Shown: positions 27,130 through 37,577 of the stretch, piece by piece
Position numbering within the stretch: the stretch's first letter is position 1
How the letters are laid out: the number at the start of each line of letters is the position of its first letter
Virus record (IMG/VR): IMGVR_UViG_2597490064_000001
Location: 5,421-69,420 of that record
DNA from: a virus
Taxonomy: Duplodnaviria; Caudoviricetes
Length of the DNA stretch: 64,000 nt
Reading direction: 5' to 3' (one strand)
The notes under the pieces: model-generated
Told to the model about the DNA's origin: nothing
Databases searched by the model: none
What the model saw: only the letters and a program-made list of their open reading frames with translations
Program-made: the position numbers and the translations under genes

Positions 27130-28680
27130 ATGCCTGACATCGAAGAAGGTCAACAGGTAGTAACGGTTGGCAGAACTGAGCCTATTCAGGCCGGTCAGGC
27201 CACAATGGCGCAATCGCTGCCCGTTGTTATTGCGAGTGACCAAACTCCCGTCCCCATTCTCGACAATCTAAGCGCACCTTCTGAAGTGCATGATGATTTG
27301 TTGGGTAACCCTCGTGTGCAAAGTAGTTTGCAACTGTGGGACTCGACAAACATTCTTGCCATTGATCCAAAGGCTTGGAAGCTCACTGCAGATCCAGAAG
27401 GTGAGCCCGATTATTCCAGCGTCACTCATCTTCCACAAGAAAGTGGCGCCCAGCTACTAATCAATACAAACGCTCCTAACAGCACTGAAGCTCGGATGCA
27501 GAGCCGTCTGGTATTCCCTTATCAGACTGGCCGAATTACTGATGCCAGCTTTGGCGTAAGCATGTTGCGTGATGCAAATGCAACCATTGAATTTGGCATC
27601 TTCAACAATAACAATGGCTATATCATTCGTGTAGTTGGCGACGATTTGTTCTTTGTTCGCCGCACCAATTCAGGAGAAAATCCTCAGAATCATGGAGCCC
27701 CCATTGGGTCTACAGATTTTACTGTTAGCGATCCAAGTAGCCTTTACAACAATCATCGTTACCGCTTGCTGCCTTCAGATCCTTCCGTCATGGAAGAGAT
27801 TGTGCCTCGTAGCGCATTTAAGGGTGACAAGCTTGACGGACAAGGTAGCAGCGTGCATACGCTTAGCTTGTCTAACGTCACAATGTTCCGCATTCAAATG
27901 GGCTGGTATGGCGGCTCTGCGTGCCGCCTGATGGCCTATGTGCCGGTGGATGAGAACTTGCCCGCTGGCGCAACTGCGAAGAATGCACGCTGGGTGACAA
28001 TCCATCAAATTAACACCTGCGACCGCCTGCCATTCCCGAGCTTGGGCAATCCCAATTTGCCCATGACTTTCCAGATTACAAAAACTGGAAGCCTTCCTCA
28101 GGCAGTTTTCCTTAAGGTGTACGGCACCAAGGCGGAAATCGATGGTGGTGACGCCACTAAATATGACATTTTTTCGCAAGAGGGTGCCATTAGAACCACT
28201 TCTCCTGGTGCGTCCACACCGTTACTGTCCTTGCGTTGCAAAGAACAAATTACTAATGCGGACGGAAATAGCAAGCAAAATATTTTGCGTGCCGTGCCGC
28301 TGATGACGAGCCTTTCCTCTCAATACAGGACCAAGTTTACACTTCTCAAGAATCCAACAAGCATTGTAATTAGTGGTGCATCGTTGGATCCCGCAACAGT
28401 TTCTGGTGTGTTTAATTCTTCGGCTCAACTTTCCGCCATTGAATACAACACTACAGCGACTGGCGTGACAGGCGGAGACATTGTTGCAACGTTTTTTACC
28501 GGCAACGATGACGGGCAAAACATTATTTTGGATGAGATCTTCCGCTATAACCGCGAATTCCTTACACGCCCCATTTCAAATCCAGTGGGCGATTCCGGAG
28601 ATATCTTGGTGCTGACTGCGGAGAGTATTTCTGATAGCGGAAACATTGTCACTGGCTCCATCACCTGGGGTGAACGTTAA
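27130..28680 (+). CDS. Virion structural protein, paralog A
   Basis: YQTGR, GDKLDG.G.S and GWYGG motifs seen in cyanophage structural proteins; paralog of the next gene. Confidence 0.65.
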   Translation: MPDIEEGQQVVTVGRTEPIQAGQATMAQSLPVVIASDQTPVPILDNLSAPSEVHDDLLGNPRVQSSLQLWDSTNILAIDPKAWKLTADPEGEPDYSSVTHLPQESGAQLLINTNAPNSTEARMQSRLVFPYQTGRITDASFGVSMLRDANATIEFGIFNNNNGYIIRVVGDDLFFVRRTNSGENPQNHGAPIGSTDFTVSDPSSLYNNHRYRLLPSDPSVMEEIVPRSAFKGDKLDGQGSSVHTLSLSNVTMFRIQMGWYGGSACRLMAYVPVDENLPAGATAKNARWVTIHQINTCDRLPFPSLGNPNLPMTFQITKTGSLPQAVFLKVYGTKAEIDGGDATKYDIFSQEGAIRTTSPGASTPLLSLRCKEQITNADGNSKQNILRAVPLMTSLSSQYRTKFTLLKNPTSIVISGASLDPATVSGVFNSSAQLSAIEYNTTATGVTGGDIVATFFTGNDDGQNIILDEIFRYNREFLTRPISNPVGDSGDILVLTAESISDSGNIVTGSITWGER

Positions 28681-28689
28681 TTAATCGAC

Positions 28690-30777
28690 ATGGCTTATTA
28701 CCAGCTTTCTCATGAAGTAGGGCAACGGCGATATGTTGTTGCCAGTGGCGCTAATGCAGGCACTGTTCTACAGGAGGCTGGTGATTTTCCTGTAGGACAA
28801 AACGGAATGGCATCGGGCATTCCAATTACTATGCCATTGGCTGGCGGCGAAATGGCCGTTAGCTTTTACAAAGAAAAGCCTACAGAAATACGCTCTGATT
28901 TTTTTGGCACATCGCGAGTTGAGCAACCTCTTAGTCTTTTTAATTACACCGACGATTACGATCTACGTGAAGATATTTATGTAACAGAGGTACAGGGTCT
29001 TAGTGAAAATGGGGACGGAGATACCGAAAGCGCCAAGTGGACTCAGCTTGAAGATGTGCTGGTGGAATATAGCCCCTTACCAACGGGCTATATTCAGCAC
29101 GACAGCAATCGTAGGGCAGTTCGCCTTGAACTAGCTAAAGCCAGTGGTGGTTTTCAGCGCGTAAGAATTAGCACTAAAAAGCGTTTTCGTTATCAGACCG
29201 GGCGCGTCATGCGTTCGTCTGTTTGCCTGCAAACAAGCCTGTCCGATTATCCCGCATGTGAAAAGCTGTGGGGCATTGGTGACGCGCTGGACGGCTTCTT
29301 TTTTCAAATTATTGCCAATGGAGAGGGCGATAATTTTCGCGTTGTCCATCGGCGCTCATCTGGAGATGGCCTGCCAAAGGAAACTGTAATTCCACGTAGT
29401 CAATTCAACGGTGACACGCTGGATGGAAACGGTAGCAGCAATGCTTCGATTGACTTCACCAAAAACTGTATGTACATGGTGGAGTGGGGATGGTACGGGG
29501 CCAGCTCCGCTCGCTTTTACGCCTTCTTGGTAGACGATGCATCTGATCTCCCTGTAACAGTCTCTCAGGTGCCTCGTGGGCGATGGGTGTTGATGCATGA
29601 GCTGCTAATTCCAGACAGCTTAAACGCCCCAAGTCTTGGCTCGCCAATTCTTCCATTCACCATTGAAATCACCAACACAGGCTATTTGGTCGAGCCGCAG
29701 TATTTGATTAAATACGGCTTAAGTCTGCAGGTTGATGGTGGAGAAACCGAAAAGGCTGATATGCACGGCCTTGATCTTACAAATGGCCGCGATATTGGAC
29801 CAGTATTGAATGGCTTTGAAGCAGCTCATTACTACCCATTGTTTACCTTACGTGCCAAGGATTTTGCGCCCGGCCGACTCTTGAATACACTACAAGGGCT
29901 GCCGAAAACTTTCTCCGCATTGAGTAATTATCCGACAGAATTAGTTGTTTTTCGCGACCCTGAATACGGTAATCTGGGCGAAGTTGGGCATGTCAATGGC
30001 ACACTTCCAATTGATTATTATGATTCCTACGGAATTTCAGAGTCTGTGTTGCAAGGTGTAGATGAATTGGGTAATACTTTTGATATTTATACGGAACTGC
30101 CTGATTCTTTTGCACTTTTGTCAGAAAGCATTTACGAATCGACTGACATGGGCACCTTGGAGGCTAATCTTACACTGAAGAAAACAGTCACCGGCAAGAA
30201 GCTAGCCTCGTTTTACATGGCGGCAGACAAACCGCTCCAGGGGGGTCTGACAAAAATTTATGATTTAGTACGCGAAGCAATCACGGCAGAATACGACAGT
30301 AAATTTGAGTTTCCTGCTGTCAATGAGGTGTACACAATTGACAGCATTGCCGTAGATGGCACAATTCTTTTGGATCGCAAGCACACACTTGAAGCTGGCT
30401 TCCGATTCATCGTTGGGCAGACTACTTATTACATTGTTTCTACACCGAGTGTGTACGGCATTACAATTGCCACTGAAAGGAATGGCACATCTTTGAGCAA
30501 GCTTGCTTTGCAGGACGCCGGCATTGACTCTGGAGTAACAGGAACTGGATATTATGATTTACTGATTGACCAGGCAATTGCATCTCGCGCTCGTCCAATT
30601 GATCAAGGTGAAGTTGTTTTTGCCGCTCGCCGAATTGAAGACGGTCTTCTTGTTCGCTCACTAGACGAAAAGGATGCTGAATGGATGCGGGTTTATGAAT
30701 GCACCACTTCTAGCACGTATAATATTGTTAGCCCGGCGCCCGAGACAAGAATCTTCTTAAATTATGGGCTGCGCTAG
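28690..30777 (+). CDS. Virion structural protein, paralog B
   Basis: RFRYQTGR, GDTLDGNGSS, GWYGA, PSLGSPILP. Confidence 0.65.
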   Translation: MAYYQLSHEVGQRRYVVASGANAGTVLQEAGDFPVGQNGMASGIPITMPLAGGEMAVSFYKEKPTEIRSDFFGTSRVEQPLSLFNYTDDYDLREDIYVTEVQGLSENGDGDTESAKWTQLEDVLVEYSPLPTGYIQHDSNRRAVRLELAKASGGFQRVRISTKKRFRYQTGRVMRSSVCLQTSLSDYPACEKLWGIGDALDGFFFQIIANGEGDNFRVVHRRSSGDGLPKETVIPRSQFNGDTLDGNGSSNASIDFTKNCMYMVEWGWYGASSARFYAFLVDDASDLPVTVSQVPRGRWVLMHELLIPDSLNAPSLGSPILPFTIEITNTGYLVEPQYLIKYGLSLQVDGGETEKADMHGLDLTNGRDIGPVLNGFEAAHYYPLFTLRAKDFAPGRLLNTLQGLPKTFSALSNYPTELVVFRDPEYGNLGEVGHVNGTLPIDYYDSYGISESVLQGVDELGNTFDIYTELPDSFALLSESIYESTDMGTLEANLTLKKTVTGKKLASFYMAADKPLQGGLTKIYDLVREAITAEYDSKFEFPAVNEVYTIDSIAVDGTILLDRKHTLEAGFRFIVGQTTYYIVSTPSVYGITIATERNGTSLSKLALQDAGIDSGVTGTGYYDLLIDQAIASRARPIDQGEVVFAARRIEDGLLVRSLDEKDAEWMRVYECTTSSTYNIVSPAPETRIFLNYGLR

Positions 30778-30786
30778 TAGGTAAGC

Positions 30787-31596
30787 ATGGCATCTGGAAG
30801 CTCTATTATTAACACTTCGCCGAGCGGTCTTCCGACTCAATCGGAAGACCGTGCTTATGCTTTTTGCATCGGCACTCAAATTTTCCAAGATCCAGAGCAT
30901 GAGCCACGCGATGGAGTGCTTAGCTTCAAAGTGGATCCTGAGCTTTTTGATGCCGTCATCGCGGGCGATCAAGTTGGAACCACTGCCATTGGATTGGCAA
31001 CTGCGCAGAATATTTCTACATTGTCTACGTGGCGGTCTTCCAATGAAATTAGAGACAATGGCTTAGGTTTCGGGATCTATCCGGTTAGCTTCGCTGAGAA
31101 TAGTGTAATTAGCACTCGCGTTAATGTATGTTGCGCTGGAACTACCGTTGGTTTTGTTGCCAAAAATACTGTAAGCACAGACACCAGCATTGCTTTTGAC
31201 ACGTTTACGATCAGTGGTCATAATTATTCCACTGGCGATGCCGTTGTTGTTTACAGCGGAAGCGCTCCCACACCATTGCAGTTGGATACCACTTATTACG
31301 TCATACCCTCAGGCGCAGACAAGATCAAACTTGCAGCCACAAGAGCCGATGCAGTGGCCGGCAGCGGCATTGACATTACAGTAAGTGGCGGGCCTATCTA
31401 TTTGAAATCAGACGACACTTTCTCAATCAAGCGCACTGGTATTGGGGGAGCTGTTGAGGTGTTTCGTAATGGGGCATTGCTTCATACGTTTAGTGGCACC
31501 ACTGAAACATTGCGCCCATTCTTTTGGACGAGGGAGTCTAGCAATAGTGCTACGATACCAGTATTCAAGGAAATCAAAGTCAGCGGGGCCTCCTGA
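30787..31596 (+). CDS. Structural protein with H-x-x-x-TGD repeat domain
   Basis: GHNYSTGDAV...TYYVI...IKLAAT, shared with the next gene. Confidence 0.6.
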   Translation: MASGSSIINTSPSGLPTQSEDRAYAFCIGTQIFQDPEHEPRDGVLSFKVDPELFDAVIAGDQVGTTAIGLATAQNISTLSTWRSSNEIRDNGLGFGIYPVSFAENSVISTRVNVCCAGTTVGFVAKNTVSTDTSIAFDTFTISGHNYSTGDAVVVYSGSAPTPLQLDTTYYVIPSGADKIKLAATRADAVAGSGIDITVSGGPIYLKSDDTFSIKRTGIGGAVEVFRNGALLHTFSGTTETLRPFFWTRESSNSATIPVFKEIKVSGAS

Positions 31597-31599
31597 TTC

Positions 31600-33489
31600 A
31601 TGGCGCAGGCAAAACTAATTTCTGATCTTGTTGCGCTTCTTGCGCCCGGCAATGATGATCTTTTTGTTGTTGTTGATAACACAACAAATCCATCTCAGAG
31701 CATCACCAAGAAGATTACCTACGGCGATTTAAAGGAAAGCCTGCAGGACATGGTTGACCTTCTGATTTCAGAAGGCAACGGAATTGATGCCACTTATGAC
31801 GACGCGAATAACACTATTGTATTGTCCGTGGTTCCAAATACAACCACGCAAAGGACAATTTTTAGCAATAGCGGGACCACTGTTGGCACACGTCAAGAGC
31901 TTAATCTAATTCCTGGCGCTGGTGTCACTTTTGCAAGCGCCGATAATTCCGGGCAGGATCGCGTTGATTGGACGATCAATACAAACAATGTTTCCACGGC
32001 TTCTGGGCTTGCTGGCAGTGGCACAACTTACAGCCCCCTTTCAGAAATTGAAGTTTTAGGAGACGGCACAAAAAGCATTAACATTCGCTCTGTTAAAGCT
32101 GGCAGCAACAAACTAAGCATTGGTCTTACGGATGGCGACGAAGCCATTTCTTTTGATGTAAATGCCGCCAATATTGAATTAAACGATTTGTCGTTTAATT
32201 CCCCTCTGGCAGTTGAAAGAGGGGGCACTGGTGGCAGTACAGCAGAAAGCGCCCGCAATGGAATTGGGGCAGCAGAGGCAGGCAGTAATACGAATATTAC
32301 ATCGATTGAGGGCCTGACTACGCCACTTAGTATTACCCAGGGTGGCACAGATGGCAATAGCGCCCAAGACGCATTGTACAATCTGGAAGGTATTTCTTAT
32401 CTCACAAACGTTGGTGGAACAGGACAATCTCTGATTGTCAATGGAAAGATTGCTTCCGCTGGTGAATATCGCGCTGAGCTGAAAAGCTTGCGCGCTGGAT
32501 CTTCAAAGGTTACGGTTAGCACAGTCAGTAATGCGTTGACAGTGGATGTCAATGCGGACAATATTTTAAATGCCGCGTCTCAAAATATTAATTTTAACGG
32601 CTTCCGTATTACAAACCTTGCGGAGCCTGTTGCTGCAAATGACGCAGCGACTAAAGGCTATGCTGATTCCGTTGCCCAGGGCCTTTCTGTTAAAGACGCT
32701 TCACGCGCTGCAACTACGACAAATTTTGTCGGCACATATTTCAATGACACTGGCACTGTCTCATCTGTAAACGTTGGCGCCGATGAATTAACAATCAATA
32801 ATCATCCTTTTAATACGGGAGACCGCGTATATATTTCTTCGACCGGAGCGCTTCCTACTGGGTATGAAGTAGCCACGGAATATTTTGTCATTGACACTGG
32901 AGTTAACACCCTTAAGCTTGCCGCTAACGCTGCTGACGCGACTAGCGGCACTGCCATTGTTATTTCAAGCACTGGCTCTGGCACCATCATTGTTTCCCAC
33001 ACCCTTTATTTGAAGGCAAGCGGAAATGGGGCATTGTCACTTGATTCCGTCACATTGGATCAAGGAGATCGCGTACTTGTTAAGGATCAAACAAACGCGA
33101 CAGAGAATGGCTTGTATGTGGTTTCTGAGACTGGAGACGGGAGTAATCCGGCGGTACTCACTCGTTCTTCCGATGCCAATGCATCAGCAGAACTAACTGC
33201 TGGTACTTTTGTTTTTGTGTCTGAGGGTACGAGCAATGGCGGTATTGCGTATGTGCAAATTACACAAAATCTCATTCTTGATGTAGATGATGTGGTTTGG
33301 GCTGTGTTTTCTGCCAGCTCCGTTCCAGCTAATACGGTTGACAATACAAAATTGGCTGACATGGCAGAGGCCACCATTAAAGGACGCGCTGTTGGTGGTG
33401 GCACTGGAGATCCAGAGGATTTAACGTCCAATCAGTTGGTGGCTATATTGAATACTGCCACGGCAACGATTGATTGTGGCACCTATTAA
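31600..33489 (+). CDS. Tail fibre protein
   Basis: L....GGTG repeats, ITNLAEP....DAATKGY, GDRVLVKDQT...ENGLY, IDCGTY end. Confidence 0.75.
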   Translation: MAQAKLISDLVALLAPGNDDLFVVVDNTTNPSQSITKKITYGDLKESLQDMVDLLISEGNGIDATYDDANNTIVLSVVPNTTTQRTIFSNSGTTVGTRQELNLIPGAGVTFASADNSGQDRVDWTINTNNVSTASGLAGSGTTYSPLSEIEVLGDGTKSINIRSVKAGSNKLSIGLTDGDEAISFDVNAANIELNDLSFNSPLAVERGGTGGSTAESARNGIGAAEAGSNTNITSIEGLTTPLSITQGGTDGNSAQDALYNLEGISYLTNVGGTGQSLIVNGKIASAGEYRAELKSLRAGSSKVTVSTVSNALTVDVNADNILNAASQNINFNGFRITNLAEPVAANDAATKGYADSVAQGLSVKDASRAATTTNFVGTYFNDTGTVSSVNVGADELTINNHPFNTGDRVYISSTGALPTGYEVATEYFVIDTGVNTLKLAANAADATSGTAIVISSTGSGTIIVSHTLYLKASGNGALSLDSVTLDQGDRVLVKDQTNATENGLYVVSETGDGSNPAVLTRSSDANASAELTAGTFVFVSEGTSNGGIAYVQITQNLILDVDDVVWAVFSASSVPANTVDNTKLADMAEATIKGRAVGGGTGDPEDLTSNQLVAILNTATATIDCGTY

Positions 33490-33522
33490 TTGAAGCCACA
33501 ACTGTTGTGGTATTAACCAGCT

Positions 33523-36510
33523 ATGACACTTCCATTTCAGAATCTTCGTAGTGGTGTAGTTAGCAAGCGCCCTGATGCAACTAGTCTTGCGCAAGGGCAA
33601 ATTGCTATTAATTACAACGAGGGTGATCCTGCTATTTACGTGCGCGGTGATGCAGACGCTCTTGTAAAAATTAGTCCGACTTACATTGGCTCGACTGCGC
33701 CCAATGCAACGCCAAGTGGATCTTCTGGAAATAGTAAGGGTGAAACATGGTTAGACACTTCTACTAATCCTCCAATCATCAAGATTTGGACTGGGAGTCA
33801 GTGGAATGCTGGTTATACACTGTCAAGCGATAGTGTTCTTGCAAGTGGAGTTACGGCAACAACTGCTGCGGTTGGAGATAGCTCAACTCTTGTAGCAACA
33901 ACGGCTTTTGTTAATAGCGAAATCGCCAATGATGCGCCTACAAAGACAGGCGGGGGAGCTTCGGGGACTTGGGGTATTTCAGTGAGTGGCAATGCTGCCA
34001 CTGCCACTGCATTGCAAACTTCTAGAACGATTAGCCTTGCCGGAGATCTTAGTGGAAGTGCAACTTTTAATGGCACGAGTAATGTAACGATTACTGGCAC
34101 TATTGCGGCCAATAGCGTTGCCCTTGGAACTGATACTACTGGCAATTATGTTGCGACTGCTACAACAAGTGGCAATGGTATTAGCGGTAGTTCTAGTACA
34201 GAAGGTGGTGTATTTACTGTCACGTCTAACGCTACTAATGAAAACACCGCAAGTACAATTGTCTATCGCGATGGCAGTGGCAATTTTAGTGCTGGCACTA
34301 TTACTGCGGAGCTAGCTGGCAATGCTTCCACGTCTACCAAGTTGGCCACTGCTCGTGCAATTAATGGCGTAAATTTTGATGGTAGTGCTCCTATTACCGT
34401 TACCGCCAACACTACAAACACTCTTACGCGCGGCACCTATCTAACTGGCAATAATTTTAATGGCGGCGCTGCAACCACTTGGGCGGTTGATGCCACATCT
34501 GCGAATACTGCATCAAAAGTTGTTGCACGTGATGGCAGTGGCAATTTTAGTGCTGGCACTATTACTGCGACGTTGAATGGCAGTGCAACTAGCGCTAGTT
34601 CAGCTACCACAGCGACAAATGCCGCCAATGTGGGGCTGACTACATCGACCACTGCTAGTGCGTTCAAGGTGCCGTTTGCAAACACTACGGCATCAACAAA
34701 TGGAAACTATTCGCTTTTGCAGGATAGTACGGCGACTTTCACCTACAATCCGAGTACCAACACTCTTACTGCTGGTACATTCAGTGGTGCGCTTTCTGGT
34801 AACGCTTCTACTGCCAGTGCATTGCAAACAGCTCGGACAATTAGTCTTGGCGGCGATTTAAGCGGTAGTGCAAGTTTTGATGGCGGAAGCAATGTAACAA
34901 TTACTGGTACTGTTGGTAATGCCGCTACAGCAACAAAATTGCAAACAGCTCGGACTATTGGTCTTGGCGGTGATTTGAGTGGTAGTGCAAGTTTTGATGG
35001 AAGTGCAAACGTTACGATTAGTGCGACTATTGCAGCGAATAGTGTCGCGCTTGGCACTGATACAACTGGTAATTATGTTGGCGCTGGCGCTACTAGTGGC
35101 AACGGTATTAGTGGAAGCGTAAGTAGCGAAGGTGGCACTTTTACTGTTACTTCCAATGCCACCAATGCAAATACTGCTAACACCATTGTTTACCGCGATG
35201 CAAGTGGCAACTTTAATGCCGGAACAATTAGTGCAGCGCTGAACGGCAATGCGTCCACTGCCACTACACTGCAAACTGCCCGCACAATTAACGGCGTAAG
35301 TTTCAATGGAAGTGCCAACATTACTGTTGAGCCTTACATTGAAGACGATGAGGGCACCAACGCCACTCGCAACGTCGTCTTTACCGACAATAGCACTGCC
35401 GGGCATAAACGACTTAACGAAGATTCCTCGCTTACCTATAACCCTTCGACCAATACTCTGACTGCTACCACCTTTAATGGAAATGCTACTTCAGCCAGTC
35501 AATTAGCAACAGCTCGGACTATTGGTCTTAGTGGTGACGTAAGCGGAAGCGCCAGTTTTAATGGAAGTGCAAACATTACGATCAGTGCTACTGTTGCGGA
35601 TGATTCGCACAATCACATTATTGGCAACGTAGATGGATTGCAAACTGCTTTAGATGGAAAAGGTGCTCTTGTAGATATTCAGGAATTCACAACTACTGGC
35701 ACCTGGACAAAGCCAACAGGCGCAAAGATGGTCTACGTCGAATGCATCGGTGGCGGCGGAGGCGGAGGAGCCGGCGGAAATGCGCAGCTTTCATTCAATC
35801 AACCTGTGAGTGGCGGGCAAGGTGGCGCTGGCGGGATGAGGCTTGCTCGATGGTTTAAAGCATCCGACCTGGGCGCTACAGTGACCGCGACAGTAGGCGG
35901 TGGCGGCGCTGGAGGTGCTGGGCTAATTGGTGGCAAGGGAAACGGTGGAAGCATTGGTGGCAATAGTTCATTTGGAAGTTATGTAATCGCCCGAGGAGGA
36001 GAGGATGGTCTTGGTGGTGCAACATACGATACTGTAGGAAATAATGCATTTTATTTGGGAACTAGCGTTGGCGACACAAGTGATATATATTACAATGGCG
36101 GCGGTAATGGTAGCCTTATTGGTTACCCGGGCTCTCCTGGACGCTACGCTCCATACGGCCCTGGCGGCGGCGGCGGTGGTGCTGGCGCTAATTCCATCGG
36201 CTCTTACGGGGGTGGACAAGGTGGAGGTGGATTTATCGCGTATGACAACTCTCGTTGGTCCCAAGACGTTGGGGGTGGACCCTCTGGTGGAGCTGCAAAT
36301 GGCGGAGCTGGAACTTCGGGAACTAGCGGCACCGGAGACGGTGGTGGCGGTGGTGGCGGCCATATAAACGGCAACGGTGGCGCTGGTGGTGCCGGAGCCT
36401 TCCCTGGTGGTGGTGGTGGTGGTGGTGGATCCACCAATCTTGACACTGCAACCGTTGGAACCGGAGGAAATGGTGCCAATGGTGTTGTCCGCGTTTACAC
36501 TTACTTCTAA
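33523..36510 (+). CDS. Long tail fibre with internal repeats and Gly-rich C-terminal domain
   Basis: L..GQIAIN N-terminus; repeated GNA.TAT.L.TARTI and RDGSGNFSAGTITA units; C-terminal WTKP.GA...GGGGGGG...GVVRVYTY domain. Confidence 0.8.
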   Translation: MTLPFQNLRSGVVSKRPDATSLAQGQIAINYNEGDPAIYVRGDADALVKISPTYIGSTAPNATPSGSSGNSKGETWLDTSTNPPIIKIWTGSQWNAGYTLSSDSVLASGVTATTAAVGDSSTLVATTAFVNSEIANDAPTKTGGGASGTWGISVSGNAATATALQTSRTISLAGDLSGSATFNGTSNVTITGTIAANSVALGTDTTGNYVATATTSGNGISGSSSTEGGVFTVTSNATNENTASTIVYRDGSGNFSAGTITAELAGNASTSTKLATARAINGVNFDGSAPITVTANTTNTLTRGTYLTGNNFNGGAATTWAVDATSANTASKVVARDGSGNFSAGTITATLNGSATSASSATTATNAANVGLTTSTTASAFKVPFANTTASTNGNYSLLQDSTATFTYNPSTNTLTAGTFSGALSGNASTASALQTARTISLGGDLSGSASFDGGSNVTITGTVGNAATATKLQTARTIGLGGDLSGSASFDGSANVTISATIAANSVALGTDTTGNYVGAGATSGNGISGSVSSEGGTFTVTSNATNANTANTIVYRDASGNFNAGTISAALNGNASTATTLQTARTINGVSFNGSANITVEPYIEDDEGTNATRNVVFTDNSTAGHKRLNEDSSLTYNPSTNTLTATTFNGNATSASQLATARTIGLSGDVSGSASFNGSANITISATVADDSHNHIIGNVDGLQTALDGKGALVDIQEFTTTGTWTKPTGAKMVYVECIGGGGGGGAGGNAQLSFNQPVSGGQGGAGGMRLARWFKASDLGATVTATVGGGGAGGAGLIGGKGNGGSIGGNSSFGSYVIARGGEDGLGGATYDTVGNNAFYLGTSVGDTSDIYYNGGGNGSLIGYPGSPGRYAPYGPGGGGGGAGANSIGSYGGGQGGGGFIAYDNSRWSQDVGGGPSGGAANGGAGTSGTSGTGDGGGGGGGHINGNGGAGGAGAFPGGGGGGGGSTNLDTATVGTGGNGANGVVRVYTYF
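34270..34569 (+). repeat. Direct repeat within the tail fibre gene
   Basis: 39-nt identical copies GATGGCAGTGGCAATTTTAGTGCTGGCACTATTACTGCG at 34270-34308 and 34531-34569. Confidence 0.85.
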
Positions 36511-36513
36511 ATC

Positions 36514-36954
36514 ATGGGAGCCTTTCCAATGAAATACGCAATTATTGACAGCGAAAACATTGTTGAAAACATTGTTATAGCAGACTCTGAATTTGCCGAA
36601 GAGCGAGGCTGGGTTGAATTGCCCGAGGATGAGCGAGTCGGCATTGGCTGGATTTTTGACGGGACAAATTTCATTGACACATCGGATCCAGAAGCCGAGT
36701 TAGCAGAATTGGCAGCAAAAAGCGCTGAAAATATTCGATCGAAGCGCAATGATTTGCTTGACCAGTCTGATTGGACTCAACTGGTAGATTCTCCTCTTTC
36801 AAGCGAGGAAAAATCAGCTTGGGCATTGTATCGCCAAGAGCTAAGGAATGTACCAGAACAGGAGACGTTCCCCAGAACAGTAGAATGGCCGCTAAGCCCT
36901 TTAGATGAGGAAGAAGAAGTGGTTTCGCCTGGCGATTCCACTGTGAACTCATAA
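36514..36954 (+). CDS. Tail fibre assembly chaperone
   Basis: IRSKRNDLLDQSDWTQL.D...WALYRQELRNVPEQ..FP..VEWP. Confidence 0.85.
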   Translation: MGAFPMKYAIIDSENIVENIVIADSEFAEERGWVELPEDERVGIGWIFDGTNFIDTSDPEAELAELAAKSAENIRSKRNDLLDQSDWTQLVDSPLSSEEKSAWALYRQELRNVPEQETFPRTVEWPLSPLDEEEEVVSPGDSTVNS

Positions 36955-36978
36955 TTTAAGCACCATTAGGCTTCAAGA

Positions 36979-37004
36979 AAAGGACGGCTTTTGCCGTCCT
37001 TTCT
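36979..37004. terminator. Intrinsic terminator (possibly bidirectional)
   Basis: AAAGGACGGC-TTTT-GCCGTCCTTT. Confidence 0.75.
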
Positions 37005-37036
37005 GCTATTGTTTGAAATAAGAAAAGTCGCGTTCC

Positions 37037-37174
37037 ATGGCAGCAAAATCCAAAATTGGCATTAGCGGGCAAAAGCTATTCACGCCTGGCAAGCCAAAAA
37101 CGACGCGCCAAGGCAATGGCAAAAACAGCAAAGCCAGTCACGGACGCAAACTCCGTAAAGGACAAGGCAAATAA
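37037..37174 (+). CDS. Small basic protein (45 aa)
   Basis: Below the ORF-track cutoff: MAAKSKIGISGQKLFTPGKPKTTRQGNGKNSKASHGRKLRKGQGK; resembles small basic K.TRQG...GQGK proteins of cyanophages. Confidence 0.75.
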   Translation: MAAKSKIGISGQKLFTPGKPKTTRQGNGKNSKASHGRKLRKGQGK

Positions 37175-37176
37175 GC

Positions 37177-37202
37177 AAAGGGCCGAAAGGCCCTTTCTTT
37201 TT
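37177..37202 (+). terminator. Intrinsic terminator
   Basis: AAAGGGCC-GAAA-GGCCCTTT plus T-tract. Confidence 0.85.
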
Positions 37203-37233
37203 GGCCCTACAATGGAAAGAAAGCTCTAATACA

Positions 37234-37575
37234 ATGATCCAGCCAGGCAAATATGACATAACCATCCATCAAGGTGCCACGTTTGAGCTGCCTGTGCAAT
37301 ACAAAGATAGTACAGGCGTGCCAGTCAACATGAGCGGCTATACCATTAGCGGCACCTTATGGGACAGACTGGGCGGTAATAGACTTGCAACTTTCTCCAC
37401 GCCTTATGTTTCTCAGCCAAGCGGAATGTTTGTTATGCGGCTGGAGGCTTCCACGACAAGTGGTATTACTGAACAAGGGCAATACGATGTGCTTATAACA
37501 ACAGCAGAGGGAGATAAATTCTACCTGCTGGAAGGTAGTGCCTTCTGGAATCCGGGACTGTCTTGGAGAAGCTAA
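37234..37575 (+). CDS. Fibre adaptor-like (BppU N-terminal type) protein
   Basis: YDITIHQGATF...PVNMSGYT...QYDVL...LLEG. Confidence 0.65.
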   Translation: MIQPGKYDITIHQGATFELPVQYKDSTGVPVNMSGYTISGTLWDRLGGNRLATFSTPYVSQPSGMFVMRLEASTTSGITEQGQYDVLITTAEGDKFYLLEGSAFWNPGLSWRS

Positions 37576-37577
37576 TT

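Noticed and set aside
33980-35600. CRISPR-like array
   Set aside because: The repeats are in-frame, irregularly spaced protein modules of a tail fibre.
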